From NCBI GenBank assembly GCA_050273025.1, contig CP158635.1:13950001-14014000 (forward strand): DNA of 64,000 nucleotides, read 5' to 3'. The DNA comes from Cenococcum geophilum (lineage: Eukaryota). The translations under genes were made by a program, and so were the position numbers. Below the pieces are notes generated by a model. It had not been told where the DNA came from. It did not search any database and was given only the letters and a program-made list of their open reading frames with translations. Of the stretch, positions 12,101 to 25,230 are shown one piece after another; within the stretch, counting starts at the first letter, position 1; the number at the start of each line of letters is the position of its first letter.

Positions 12101-13238
12101 GGGTATAAGCGAACGGCCATAGCACTGCTTAAGAAGGAATCCAATATTCCCCCCCTATAGTTATATATTAAAGCCGCTATAATATAAAGAACGCAAAATA
12201 AACGCAACTCTAATGTTATAAAGTATATTAAAATACGCCTAAGTAAACTATAGAGGGACCTTAGGGTGCCCTATAGGAGAATAAACCAACAACCCTAAAG
12301 TAGGAAAGAGATATTAGAGAAATAGGTAAAGAAAGCAGAAGAAGAATGGTACCGCTTTAGGGCCTAGGCCTATATAGAGGAGGAAGGAAGATACGTAAGA
12401 GGTTAGTAAAAACAATAGTAAGATAGAGAAAGGAGCTAAAGTAAAATACGTAAGAACGCCAGGAAACTATCTATTACAATATAATACTAGTTAGACTAAC
12501 GCTAGAGAGGTGAATAAAAGTTAAAGGTATAGAGGTTAACTTAGGTAAGACAAACCTAAGCTATAGTATGGTTAACGCTATAGAGGGTAAATACCTAAGG
12601 GCTCCGAGAAGGCCTAATAAAGGCAGAAAATATAATAGCAATACTCTTAAGAATAGGAATAATAGGACTAAAAGATTGGCTTTACTGGGTGGGTATCCTA
12701 GTAGGTAGCCTAAGATGCGAATGTAGCTGGCTAAGACAGACACCAAAACACGTAATACTGCTATGCCCCCTACGCACTAATTAAGAAATAATGCTCTTAG
12801 TAGCTAGTATAGAGAACTATAATACACTGCTCTTAATATAAAAAGGCCTTAAGGCGGTTACCTAGTGGCTTATTAGTTAAAATATGCTAAATTAGTTCCG
12901 GGTTGTAAGGGAAATAGTAATAAAAGGCAAGGGGGCGAGTAGTAGGTGCCCCCTAGTAACTCTACAGTAGTAGAGTAAAAGTTTGTGATACTAGCGCGTC
13001 TATAGGCTTGTTACGGCAGTAGTGGTTCCTAAGGAGGTTAAATAGTAAGGTAGTAGAGCACTACAGGCGACTTATAGGCGCTAAGTAGGCGAGTTCTAAA
13101 AGGCGGGGAGATGGATCACAGGGTTTTCTCATTTTTCTTAAATAGAGTTTTCTCCCTATATGTAAATAAGGAGTAGTCCGCGTGGGCCCAGTAGGGATCC
13201 AAATCGGACGTTAAGCAATGAATTATTATTATTATTAT
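9119..13238 (+). mobile_element. Chimeric retro-insertion: 1.1 kb non-LINE sequence (9119-~10211) fused to 5'-truncated L-A (~10212-13238)
   Basis: A 15-bp TSD, TATATCAGGCCTAGT (9104-9118) / TATATTAGGCCTAGT (13239-13253), flanks both parts. The uninterrupted Copia target is seen at about 22195-22210. L-A homology begins at AACTAAATAGAAAAAGA (cf. 27785). Confidence 0.85.
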
Positions 13239-14258
13239 TATATTAGGCCTAGTCTTTATAGATAAGTATATTAGGCTTCCTACTTCTTATTAATACTATT
13301 TTATATCTTTAGGAGAGGCCTATTCTATATTCTTTTCCATTTTTAAGTTAATAATTCTAGGGGTAGATACTGGATTTAGATTTTGTTTATTAAACCTTTA
13401 TAAGATATTTTAGGTATATTTCTTTTAGTTTAATTTTATAACCTTATTTTTGCGATCTCTAGTAATTCCTATACCTAGGAAATAGGAAACTAGTCCTAAA
13501 TTTGTTAATTCTAGGTCTTTGCCTAGTTTTGTTTAAATTTTATTTATTTATTTAATATTTAGGCCAAATACTAGTAGATCGTCTACATGGCAGATTATTA
13601 TAATACCTAGTATATCATTTTTAAATACTGCCTAATCTGTAAAGATAGGATAAAATCCTTCTTTTTCAAGGTTATTTGCTAGGTGGTTATACTATATTCT
13701 TAGTAATTATTTTAGGCTATATAGAGCTTTATTTAATTTATATACCTTATTTAGTATTATAGTAACACCTTCTGGTTGTTCTATATATAGCTCTTTATCT
13801 ATATTAGCGTGCGTAAACGCATTTTTAAAGTCCTATTATACTATTTCCCAATTATGGTAAGCTGCTAAATATAGTAGCATTTTATACACTTCTGGGCGGT
13901 AAGTATTTGCGAAGGTTTCTTTATAATCTATGCCATATTACTAACTAAAGCCTTTTACTACCTATCTGGCTTTATATTTGATTATTTAGTTATTTTAATC
14001 TATTTTAATCTTATACACCTATTAAGTTTTTAAAGCCTTTCTATTAGGTAGTAGATCAACAATATTCTAGGTCTTTTATTTTTTAAGTTAATCAATTTCT
14101 ACACCCATTGCTATTTGCCAATTTAGCCAATTATGCAATTTTATAGCTTCTCTATAGGACCTTGGTTTATTTTAATTAGTTCCTAGGAGAGCTAGTTTAT
14201 CTATATTATTATCCTCTAATTCACTAGATTAATTTATTCTTAATATTTAATTTTGTCT

Positions 14259-17200
14259 GGTGCAATAGAAAAAGCCGCTATAGTAGCAGAACACGCCCAC
14301 CAATTACCTAATAGAGAAATAACCACCTCCAATTAAATCTACGGCATTTTATGCCCTAGAACCAATACATGCAGCACAGCCGGAAAGCCTACGCGACATA
14401 GGAGGGTCGTAGCAGACTCAAAGGGTGGGCGCTGTACAGAAAATCGCGACACCACAACAAACCCAATAGGGGGCGACTTAACCATAACAACTAAAGGACA
14501 ATGACTAGAATTGGCAGAAACTTGTGGACCTTCTAAAGAACATTAAGGACGATTTAGGGAAGGGAGAGGACGAACGCCCACGCGTAGGGGTAGCGCGTGT
14601 GGTATAATAAGCAGGCCTTATTATATAAGAGCTCTAGACAAAGCATAATAGGAACTAGAACGCGGTAGAGGATAGGCTTAGGCGCATTAAGGATGCTATA
14701 AAATTATAGAGAACACTAATAGTATAAGTAGCAAAGCTAATATAGGCTAATATTACCGCAAGCACCTAACTGGTGACTCCCTAGCGTATACCTAGCGTAG
14801 CACTAGTCAGAGCCACGGTTAGGGTCTAAATACTAGAAGTATTAGGGGCGGACCTAGAACAGATTCTTATATCGATTAAAATATATATACCAAAGGTAGT
14901 GGCAGTAAGGGTCCTACGCAGCGGTAATATAGAGGTTACGCTCCCTAACTAGCAGGTAAAGGACCAGACTATTACCTAGGGAGATACCCCTAAGTATAAG
15001 ATCCTCCGCTAGGACTACCTAGTTGAAGTAATGGGAGTACCACTTAGTACATAAGTAGAAAGCGGACGAGGCGCTATAAATACACAGCTTATTTAGAGGA
15101 TTACAGAGGCTACCAAAAAACTAGCTTCCGGAATTACTATAACTAGAGTCGCATGGCTCTATAAAGAACGTATAACGTATATAGGAGAATTACTAAGGTT
15201 CCAAAAGGTTAAAACGCGCGGTATTTTAATAATTAACCTACTAACTTAAGAGATATAGGCAATAGTAGCCCATAAAGGAGTAGTTATAGACAGCCTTTAG
15301 TATAAAGCCCGGCTATACCACTACGGAGTCTAAGTCCGATAATGCTTTAGATACTAATAATAGGGATATACCTAGAACGCATGCGGGAAGTAAGTAAGGT
15401 GCGGAGAGTACGCCGATAACTATAATACTAGGGACTACCCTAAGGATAAGGGAGTTAGATACGTGAATTACGGAAAAGAATATAAAGTAAGGCAGAAGGC
15501 GGAATATAAAACCTACTAGGTATACCTAGAAGCCACTAGGATAAGACAAGCCTAACTACACTAAATTACAGCCACGCTCTAGGGAAACGCATATAAGGAG
15601 AAGGAGACAAGTAGGGTAAATAATGGTGGCTAGATAATTAAACAGCGGAAGAGAACTAGGATACCTACCCTAATAGGAGCAGCCTCTGCCTAACTAGCAG
15701 CAAAATAAGCCGTAGGACGCCCGTAAGGTAGCACTAACGCCGCTAGAAACCTATCCTAATAAAGAATCCTAATTATAGCGGCCCTAAGTAAAACGCCCTA
15801 GATATAAATAGAAGACGCCTATAAGTCACTAGACAAACTATAAAAGGATTAACAACAATATAATATAACTATGGACACTTAAACTACAGAGCAACACGCC
15901 CTCTATTTAACAGCCTAGACCTAAAAGAACACTAAATAATAGCCCTATAGGAGCTAGCGTATAATAAACAAACCCGTAAAATATACTAACTAAAAGGATA
16001 TTACCTCCTATATAAACCAAACCCATTTACCCGCATATACTTCCTAATTAGCCAACGCATTAATATATAGGCCTAGAGCTATCACACTATTAGCCCTAAT
16101 ATAGCTAAACTATAAATAGCTACAAATAGGGGCTAAATTAGTATAATTAATGTCTATAACCTAAGCGACAACAGGCCCTAGATAACCACGTGGGGGCTAC
16201 TCTAATAAACAATTAATATAGCAGAAGGCGAGATAATAGTCCTAGGGGACTTTAATACACACTATACAGCATAGGGAGGACAGCAGGCCATAGTAAAAGT
16301 ATAGGCGACTTACCTACTTAACGAACTAGAAACGCGAGGCCTTGCCCTAACTACCCTAATAGGTGAACCTACCTAGAAAAGAGGAACCTAAGAGAGTATA
16401 ATTGACCTTATATTTATGCATAAAGCACTAGTAAACCGGCTAGCTTTCTATGGGCTAGAGAATATATAGGCAATAACTGCAGACTATATACCTATACAGA
16501 TAACCCTTAATGTTAACGCACTAGCGTAATAAACCCGCCAGAGATACGCCATCTAGAAACTTAATTAGGAAAAATATACCTAGGAAATCACTAATAGGCT
16601 AGTAATAATACCTTAGGTAATGCTAGAGGATATCTAGAAGACTATAAGCAACTACCTAGATAAGTACTACCTAATAGCCTAGCCTAGCAAACATGCCCGG
16701 CGCGAATGGTCACTAAAGGCAGTGCAGATACTCATAGGCTTAAGGAGGGCAAGGCGATAGTACAGTGAGACGGGCGAGGTCCACCACTAATAGAGTTATA
16801 AAGCCCTAAAGAATAGGCTTAAGAAGATAATATGGAAGGAGAGCAGAAACAGCTAGCGCTAATTCCTTAAGGAAATTATTTTAAACCCCACTAAGCTATA
16901 TAACTAGGGACTCTGGCAAATATTAAAGTGGAGTAGGCGAGCCGCAGGGGAAATGTTAGGGGACCCCTACTTACCCGCACTATGTTAGACAGTATATAAC
17001 TAGTATATAAATAACAATGGGGAAAAAATAAGAATACTAGTAAAGAGGTTCTTTCTAGGCGTAGGCCAAGTAGACTTATAGGACATTAGCAACTAAGACT
17101 ACCCCCTACCCCTAGAGATAAGCTAGATAGTCTTAATAAAGGACATAAAAGAAGCTATTTGGAAGCTCCCTATAGGCAAAGTAGTAGGACTAGACAGGAT

Positions 17201-19470
17201 CCTAAATAAGGCAATTAAGGCTGCGTTAGAAGCCCTAGCAATACTACTAGTAAACGCTGTATCTACCTACCTATACGAAGGCAATCTACCAGACTGCTAT
17301 AAAGTAATAACTATAGTCATCTTAAGAAAGCTAAATAAAAAGGACTACTCTCTCCCAGGAAGTTACTAACCAATTACCCTTAAAAATACGCTAGAAAAGC
17401 TTCTAGAAAAGATAGTTACAGAGCATATATAAGACGCCGTAGAGGAGCAAGGACTACTACTATAGATATAAATAGGCGTAAGAAAGAAGCAATCAACCCT
17501 TTTAGCCCTCTCCCTAATTACCTCTAGCGTCTAGGCGGCGTAGCAAGCCCGCCTAAAATGCGTAGTATCTATACTTAGCTTAGACCTAAGTAAAGCCTTC
17601 GACAACGTATTATATAAGAGACTCCTATAGATCCTAAGAAAGAAGGGTCTACTAGAATAAATAGTTAAGTTTATATAAGCCTTTCTAATAGGGCGCACTA
17701 TTAAGATAGTATTCGAGGGCTACAAAAGTGAATTAATACCAACACCTACAGGCATCCTACAGGGGTCGCCCCTATCGCTAATCCTGTTCTTATTCTTTAT
17801 ATCTAAGCTACTAGAGACATTTAAGAGCAACTAGGAAATAGTAGCTTTAGGATTTATAGATAATACAAACCTAATTATATAGGGAAACATAGTAGCAGAA
17901 AACTGTACTAGACTAAACTAGGCGTATAATAGGTGCGTCGTATAGGTAAAACGGCATAGTGCTAAATTTATACTAGATAAATACCAGCTTATCTATTTTA
18001 TAAGGAAAAGGAGGGTGAATAATAACCTAGCGTTAATAGTAAGCATTTAGGGCTGCGAAGCAAAACCAGAAGCCACCCTTAAGGTCCTAGGGGTATAGGT
18101 AGACGCTAGACTAAACTGGAATGCGTATATTATATAGGCGACTTATAGGGGAGCAGTAGCATTCGCAGCGATATTGCGTATCGTAGCCTCGACCTAGGGA
18201 CCCTTATTTAGATGTATACGACTACTATACACAGCTGTAGTAAGGCCAACAATGCTATACGGCGCCTAGATCTGGGGCGTAGACCTAAAAGGCAAGCCAC
18301 TAGCAAAAAGCTCCCTAAAGCCACTAGTTAAACTACAAAACTAATGCCTACGTAGAATTATAGGGGCCTATAAGAGGACACCACGTGCCGCACTAGAACG
18401 TAAAGTAGTAGTACCTCTACTAGACATATATACAGACACAATTGCTATGTAGAGAGTAGCTACAGTATAAGACCACCTAGTAGAGAAGGATATACGCCAA
18501 ATACTTAATCGTATATAAGGAGTAAGGGCCCCCTAGAGGGGTAACGCGCCTAAGCTTATAAGCTAGAAAGCCCTCCGCCTATATGCGGTAGAGAAAGAAT
18601 AGGAAATATGGGAGCTACTATAACACTAAGCGGAGACCCGGCGCTACGCCGGCGGAGTGCTACCACGGCAGCAGAGGATAGGAGGCCACTAGCATAAGTG
18701 GAGATCTACTACATGTATCGCAAGATGGGTAGATATTAAGTGGAACTAATAATGGAAGAAGGCGGCAAAAACATAGAGGGCAGCCATATGGATTACCCTA
18801 TGGATAATACTAACTCTCCCCCTATATGAAGGACAGACGAAGGTAGAATCTACAGCCGCCTTCCTATTAAGGACAGAGGTTTTAGGGCTAAATGTATGGC
18901 TAGCAAGCATCTATGTCCCAAATATTACGCCATACTGTACGTGCGGATGGCCTATATAGTTAGTACGCCACGTACTACTATTCTACAACTAACGCACTGC
19001 AAGAAACCAGTTGTTCGCTAGAGCAGGCACAAATGATATTACCCGAATGCTCTCTATAAGCAGGGGTCTACATAAAGTAGCACAATGGCTTATAAGCTAA
19101 GGAGTCCTTCAGCAGTTCCAGACAGCAAATGAGATCCAGTAGGAGGACACTAAAGGATACGCCCCCTTCTAGTCCCTTAGAGACTGGACACCCCCTACCT
19201 AGTTGAAGGTGGCACGCCGGCGAATTACCAAACCCTTCTACTACCCCCTAGATCTTCTAAGACACCTTAGAAGCATGGTACGTAAGGTAGACATTATATA
19301 AAGGTATATAGGCTAGGCGAAGGCGGAGCGCGTAAGACTAGCTAAAAGGATATACCTAGGTTTTCCCCCCTAGGGGGTTTTTCCTATATATAGAAGGTAG
19401 AAGCCTGCATGGACCTAAAAAAAAAAGGGGACCGAATCGGGCGATAAATAGAATTAATAATAATAATAAT
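14259..19470 (+). mobile_element. Near full-length LINE family L-B (Tad1-like): ORF1 with zinc-knuckle relics, ORF2 APE-RT-CCHC, (TAA)n tail
   Basis: Endonuclease motifs VLGDFNT.Y.A.G and SIIDL.F; RT GILQGSPLSLILFLF; C-terminal CTCG..VRHVLL. It ends AAATAGAATTAATAATAATAATAAT. No TSD was found. Confidence 0.9.
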
Positions 19471-20504
19471 ATGTCCGATTTTAATATAATTAATTAATAC
19501 ATCAGTTCCCCAACCAATTTTCCCATAGAAATCTTTAAAGCTTATAAAGTATTCCTTTTTAGTCATTAGATACTTAGTAGCTCCTAAGTCTAATACAAAA
19601 TTAGCTCCTTTTTAATTTAGTTAGGGGTTTTTATTAGTAATAAGTACCTAATTAGTATCCATTAGATTAAGATTAATTTCAAAATTATCTTCTTCTATAT
19701 TACTAGGATAGTTATTACTAGTATTTATAGACATAAGAGCTTCTTAAGGTTTTAGCTTATATTAGTGCTTAGTTTTAAAGCCTTTAGGGCCTTTTTAGAA
19801 AATAGATAAAAACAGTCCTTTATAGAATACGTAGTTATTCTACACTTCTTATAGTACTTATTTTTATATATTTAATTTGTCTAATTATTCCTAGGTTGTC
19901 TAGACCCTATAACCAAAGCTATTTCCTAATCTTTAGATACCTGTCTTCTAGATTTATCCAGCAAGTTAGAAAATAGGTTTTCTAAGTTAATAGTACTAGA
20001 ATTGGTTCTATAAGATTAGGTAAGCATTATAATAAATCCCTCATAAGGACTAGTTAGGTTATTTAAAACCCAAGCAATAATCACCTAATTTGGCAATTCT
20101 ATGCCTTTAGCTTTCAATTAGTCGGTAAATTACTTCACTTTATTTAAATACTCCTTCATAAAAGAGTATTTAGATAAGGTGGTCTTAAAAAGCTCTTTAT
20201 AGATTAAGAATTCCGAGCTAAACCCTTTTAGGCTATAAAGATTTTTTAACAGTTTCTATACTTCTAGAGCTGTTTTAGAATACCGTATTTGCAAGAGAGG
20301 TTTATCCTTAATTGTTAGCCTTATATTAGGTAAGGCTTTTTAGTTAATTTCCCCTTTTGGGGTAACTCCTTCTTCTATAGCATTACTAAGCAATCCTTTT
20401 ATAAGAAGTGATTGGACCTAAAGGCTCTAGACTTTGTAGTTAGATTGCCCAATAAGCTTTTTAATTAAGATTTTGTCTAATATTTTATCTGCAAATAGAT
20501 AAAT

Positions 20505-20672
20505 AGAATTTAAACAATAGGATTAAACAGATAAAATTAAATAATAGGATTTGGACAAGTAGAATTGAATAATAGGATTTAAACAAGTATAATCGAATAA
20601 TAGGATTTAAATAAGTAGAATTAAATAATAGGATTTGGACAAGTAGAATTAAATAATAGGATTTAGACAATT
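20505..20672. repeat. 28-bp tandem repeat in the Copia C-A 5' UTR (AAATAATAGGATTT.GACAAGTAGAAT.)
   Basis: About 5-6 imperfect units; the same array is at 31875-32095. Confidence 0.85.
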
Positions 20673-20944
20673 AAATAAAATTAAATAAACAGATAGATTA
20701 AATAATATATACTTTAGATTCGATCAAAATTCAATTAAGATTTAAATAGGATTTAAACAAAATTTAACTTAAAGTAAAATTTAAGTAAAAGTAAAATAGA
20801 GATAAAATTAACTTAAGATCTAGTTCAGATTTAATCAAAAAATTAGTTAATAATTAATTAATATTTAATTAAGGTCAGATTTTGTCGTTTTAGTTAAAAA
20901 TTAATTAAGATTTGGTTAAGGTTAGAGCAGCCAGGCTTATAACC

Positions 20945-21314
20945 TGTAAATTTGCGTAAGCAGAGGTCGGAGGACGACAGGGTGAATAATATAGTGAAGT
21001 AAGTGAAGTGGATAAACTTGATGTAATTGATAATGTCTATCTACGGGGGATTAAGTCTCTATATACCTGGAAGACCCTAATTCCAGAACGTCTACGTTCC
21101 GTCTTATATTCTAATACGTTACCTGATATACTAGGTAATACGTTACCTAATATACTAGGTAATACATTACCTAATACACTAGGTAATACGTTACTTGATA
21201 TACTAGCTAATACACTAGCTGATACCATCTAATACACCGCGTAAAGCCGTAGGGTTCTTCCAGGGTGTTCTTATGTAATGCTTACATAAGCAACATCAGA
21301 GATTATCATTGACA
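20945..21314 (-). repeat. Copia C-A 5' LTR (370 bp) with internal 24-bp VNTR; PBS GGTTAT(A/G)AGCC adjacent at 20934-20944
   Basis: TG...CA termini; homologous to the LTRs at 32368, 33187, 33620 and 37508. Confidence 0.9.
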
Positions 21315-22094
21315 GCCCCTACTAAGGAAATATACGCAGAGAGGCTAAATAAGAGCCTCCCTACTTCGTCCTCTCTACCCTCGTCACTACCGTCTCCTAC
21401 CCCTTCTACTTCTACTAGAAGTAAGAAAAAACAGCTATAAGAAAGGAAACTAGTCTTAATTACAGACGAAGAGGACTAAATTCTAGATACCTTCTATATA
21501 CGAAATAAAGTTAATTAACTATTTGTATTAAAACTGCAAGTAAAAAAGCTAGTACTAGCGTCCATAGCTAGAACTAAAGGAAAACAAAATATTCTCCTTA
21601 TAACTACAGAAGAGTATAATGCGGATTTCCTAGTTAAATATAAGGATATCTGGCATAATTGCTTTACTTTCTAAAGAGAACAAAAACTAGAACTATAGGT
21701 TCAAATTATAGCCTATGGGGTTCCTATAATACCGTTTCTAGGAGAAGGAGGCTCTAAGCTTCTAAAAGAAGAAATTGAGACTTTTAATCCTATAAGGATA
21801 CAAGGACTACCTAGATAGATCTTATCTAGTGTAAAAAGACACGATCTACAGACTAGATTTGGCTCTATAGTTTTTACTATGGAGAATAAGGAAAAAAGAC
21901 AAGAAATCCTCAAGTAAAAAGAGATATTATTTGCAGGTACAGCTACTAAGGTAGTAAAATACCTTGAAGTCTCTCCTACTACGCAGTGCACTAGCTACCA
22001 AAAATTCGGCCATATAGGAGATAGATGCTCTATTAGGGCCTGTAGATTTTATGCGGCTGTACATTTATCTAAAGACCACTACTGCCCTACTTGT
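21315..22094 (+). mobile_element. Internal fragment of L-C ORF1 (target of Copia C-A copy 1)
   Basis: Aligns to about 7061-7870. Confidence 0.85.
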
Positions 22095-24312
22095 ATAGGG
22101 GTATAATTTAGGTATTTCCAATTTTAATTTAGTGCCTGGTAATATATATTTTTTAGATTTAACATAAATCTAGCGCAGGTATTTACGTTATAGGCTATAT
22201 CAGGCCTAGTCTTTGTAGACAAGTATATTAGGCTTCCTACTTCTTATTAATACTGTTTTATATCTTTAGGAGAGGCCTATTCTATATTCTTTTCCATTTT
22301 TAAGCCAATAATTCCAGGGGTAGATACTGGATTTAGATTTTGTTTATTAAACCTTTATAAGATATTTTAGGTGTATTTCTTTTGGTTTAATTTTATAACC
22401 TTATTTTTACAATCTCTAGTAATTCCCATACCTAGGAAATAGGAAACTGGTCCCAAATTTATCAATTCTAGGTCTTTGCCTAGTTTTGTTTGAATTTTAT
22501 TTATTTATTTAATATTTAGGCCAAATACTAGTAGATCATCTACATGGCAGATTATTATAATACCTAGTATATCATTTTTGAATACTACCTGATCTGCAAA
22601 GATAGGATAAAATCCTTCTTTTTCAAGGTTATTTGCTAGGTGGTTATACCATATTCTTAGTAATTGTTTTAGGCTATATAGAGCTTTATTCAATTTATAT
22701 ACCTTATTTAGTATTACAGTAACACCTTCTAGTTATTCTATATATAGTTCTTTATCTATATCAGCATGCGTAAACGCATTTTTAAAGTCCCATTATACTA
22801 TTTCCCAATTATAGTAAGCTGCTAAATATAGTAGCATTTTATACACTTCTAGGCGGCAAGTATTTGCGAAGGTTTCTTCGTAATCTATACCATATTGCTA
22901 ACTAAAGCCTTTTACTACCCATCTAGCTTTATATTTAATTATTTAGTTATTTTAATCTGTTTTAATATTATACACCCATCAAGTTTTTAGAGCCTTTCTA
23001 TTGGGTAATAGATTAACAATATTCCAGGTCTTTTGTTTTTCAAGTTAATCAATTTCTACACCCATCGCTGTTTGCCAATTTAGCCAATCAGTCGATTTTA
23101 TAGCTTCTCTATAGGACCTTGGTTCATTTTAATTGGTTCCTAGGAGAGCTAGTTCGTCTATATCATCATCCTCTGATTCACTGGATTAATTTTGTCTAGT
23201 TTAATTTTGTCTAATAGATTAATTTTGTTCAACAGATTGATTTTGTTCAATAGCTCAATTTTATTCAATAGCTTAATTTTATTCTCTTTCGTTCAAATCA
23301 AATAGACTTTCTTCGTTAACTTCTAGGTCGGCTTCTTTTTTGCTAGTATTAAAATTATAAAACTAGTTTTCCTGTATTTTAACATCTCTAGCCCAAGTAA
23401 GCCTTTTTAAATCTATATCATATAATCTATAAAGATTACTTCCAAATCCAAGTAATATCACCTTTTTAGCTCTAGGCTCTAGTTTTTTAAGTCCTTTAGC
23501 TTTATTTTCATAATACGCAATTAATCCAAATACTTTAATATTTGTAATATCTGGTTTTATATTATAAAGTGCTTCATAAGGCGTCTTGAATTGCAATTAA
23601 CTATGTGGAGTCCTATTGTATAGGTAAACTACTATACTTACTACTTCCCCCCAAAGGTTCTTTGGTAGTTTTGCAGTAAATAAAATACAGCATACCTTTT
23701 CTAGTATTATTCAATTTATTCGTTCTATTAACCCATTTTGTTCGTAAGTATAAGCAGTAAAAATATTGCTAAACAATACCGTATGTAAAGCAGGCTCTTT
23801 TAAACCTTTTATTTACAAATTTACCCCCCTAATCTAATTTTAGGTATTATATTTTTTCTTTTTAATAGATTTTCAGCTCGATTTTTAAATTCTATGAAAG
23901 CTTCATAGGCTTCTAATTTAGATTTTAGTAATTTAAATTCTAAATATCTAGTAGCTAAATCTAGGAAGAAAATGATATATCTTTCACCATTTATAGTTTT
24001 AGGGGATATTGGTCCATATAAGTCAGTTACTACCTTTTCTAGGTGAACTTTTGCTTTTAGTATAATTTCTTTATTTTGCTAACTTGTCAGCTTTAATTCT
24101 ATACAAATTTCGCATTCATCTAATAGAATATTTAATTATAGACCTAGAGTCTTTTGTAGTGAAATAGGATTTATATAGCCCATTCTTTAGTGCCAAAGTT
24201 TGATTTTATCTACTTGTTCAAGCAAATTAATTTTATTTGTTAGCTTAATTTTATTTATTTACTTACTTTTAACCTTCTTAGTCTTTTTACTAGCCAAATT
24301 ATTTTGTACTAT

Positions 24313-25033
24313 TTTTTTTTATATCCGTTGTATTATACTACGTATAATACTGCGCATGCAGCCTCTAGGCTATGGCGCTATAGTCCTATATACATGAATC
24401 CCTTAGGGCAGCTTAACATGTACTAGTAACTATGTCCTAGTAGTTTATAAGCCCCTAAACTAGGGGTTTATAGTTCCTTAGTAAAATACTAAGTTACAAG
24501 CAACTACTAGGTAATGAGAAAACGGTAGAAAACTATAAGAAATAAGAAATCCTAACGCCTTTCCCTGTCCTTTTGTAATTTGATTCTATCCTTTTGCTTA
24601 CTAATATCTCTTTACTAGAAGCCTAGTAGGAGTTACCTCCTTCTATAGATCCTGCTGTTATTAGCCACTTTCTAGTAGCTATCCCTGTCCTACTTAAAAA
24701 TAGGAAAAGCGCCTCTCTTCCTTTTAGTGTACAAAATAGCTTCTTTAGAGAGAGAGAAGAGCTTAGTTTCTTTTGCATTTCTCTTCTTTCTTCTCTATAT
24801 AGGTTGCAGTCTAGTAGTAGGTGCCTAGGGGTTTGTAGTGCTCTACATTCCCTAAAGCATCTATCGTCTTCATTCCCCCCCCTATTACTTTAGAGAAGGA
24901 TTTAAAATAGCCTTTTCTTAGCTTTAGCTGGAAGAAAGCTAATTATAGCCTTTTAGGATATTTATCCTTAGGGGCTTTAAGAGAAAAAGAATAGCTTCCT
25001 TTACAGATTCTAGTATAGTGTTTTCCCTTATTC
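24313..25033 (-). mobile_element. 5'-truncated autonomous-type L-C (ORF2 C-terminal CCHC + 3' tail)
   Basis: 13-bp TSD TATTTTGTACTAT (24300-24312 / 25034-25046). The reverse strand encodes FFQLKLRKGYF..CFRECRALQTPRHLLLDC..TGIATRKWL..GSIEGGNSY*. Confidence 0.88.
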
Positions 25034-25230
25034 TATTTTGTACTATATCTATATAGTATAGGGAGTTTCTTCCCATGGCTAAGATAAGCAGTTGTTTATT
25101 TTTGTATATATAGGCTTAACCGCCCTTAACTATAATTTTATAGCCAAGTTAATCTAGCTTACTAATAGAGATAAGATTATATTAAAAATTAGGTGTATAT
25201 CTGCAGTTTTCTAATATAATTTTATTTCCT

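Larger units (their letters stand above)
8367..21314 (-). mobile_element. Ty1/Copia retrotransposon family C-A, copy 1 (3' LTR missing, integrase region deleted, two LINE inserts)
   Basis: RNase H end TKHINI.YHFVRE..LANMLTKAL (8500-8700), RT (13250-14170), protease FVLDLGATKYL (~19560-19600), gag, PBS and 5' LTR at 20945-21314. Confidence 0.88.

Noticed and set aside
21008..21232. 8-aa repeat proteins (NTLPNILG / VLPSVLGN; also 32460, 36092)
   Set aside because: They are translations of the 24-bp VNTR inside Copia LTRs.
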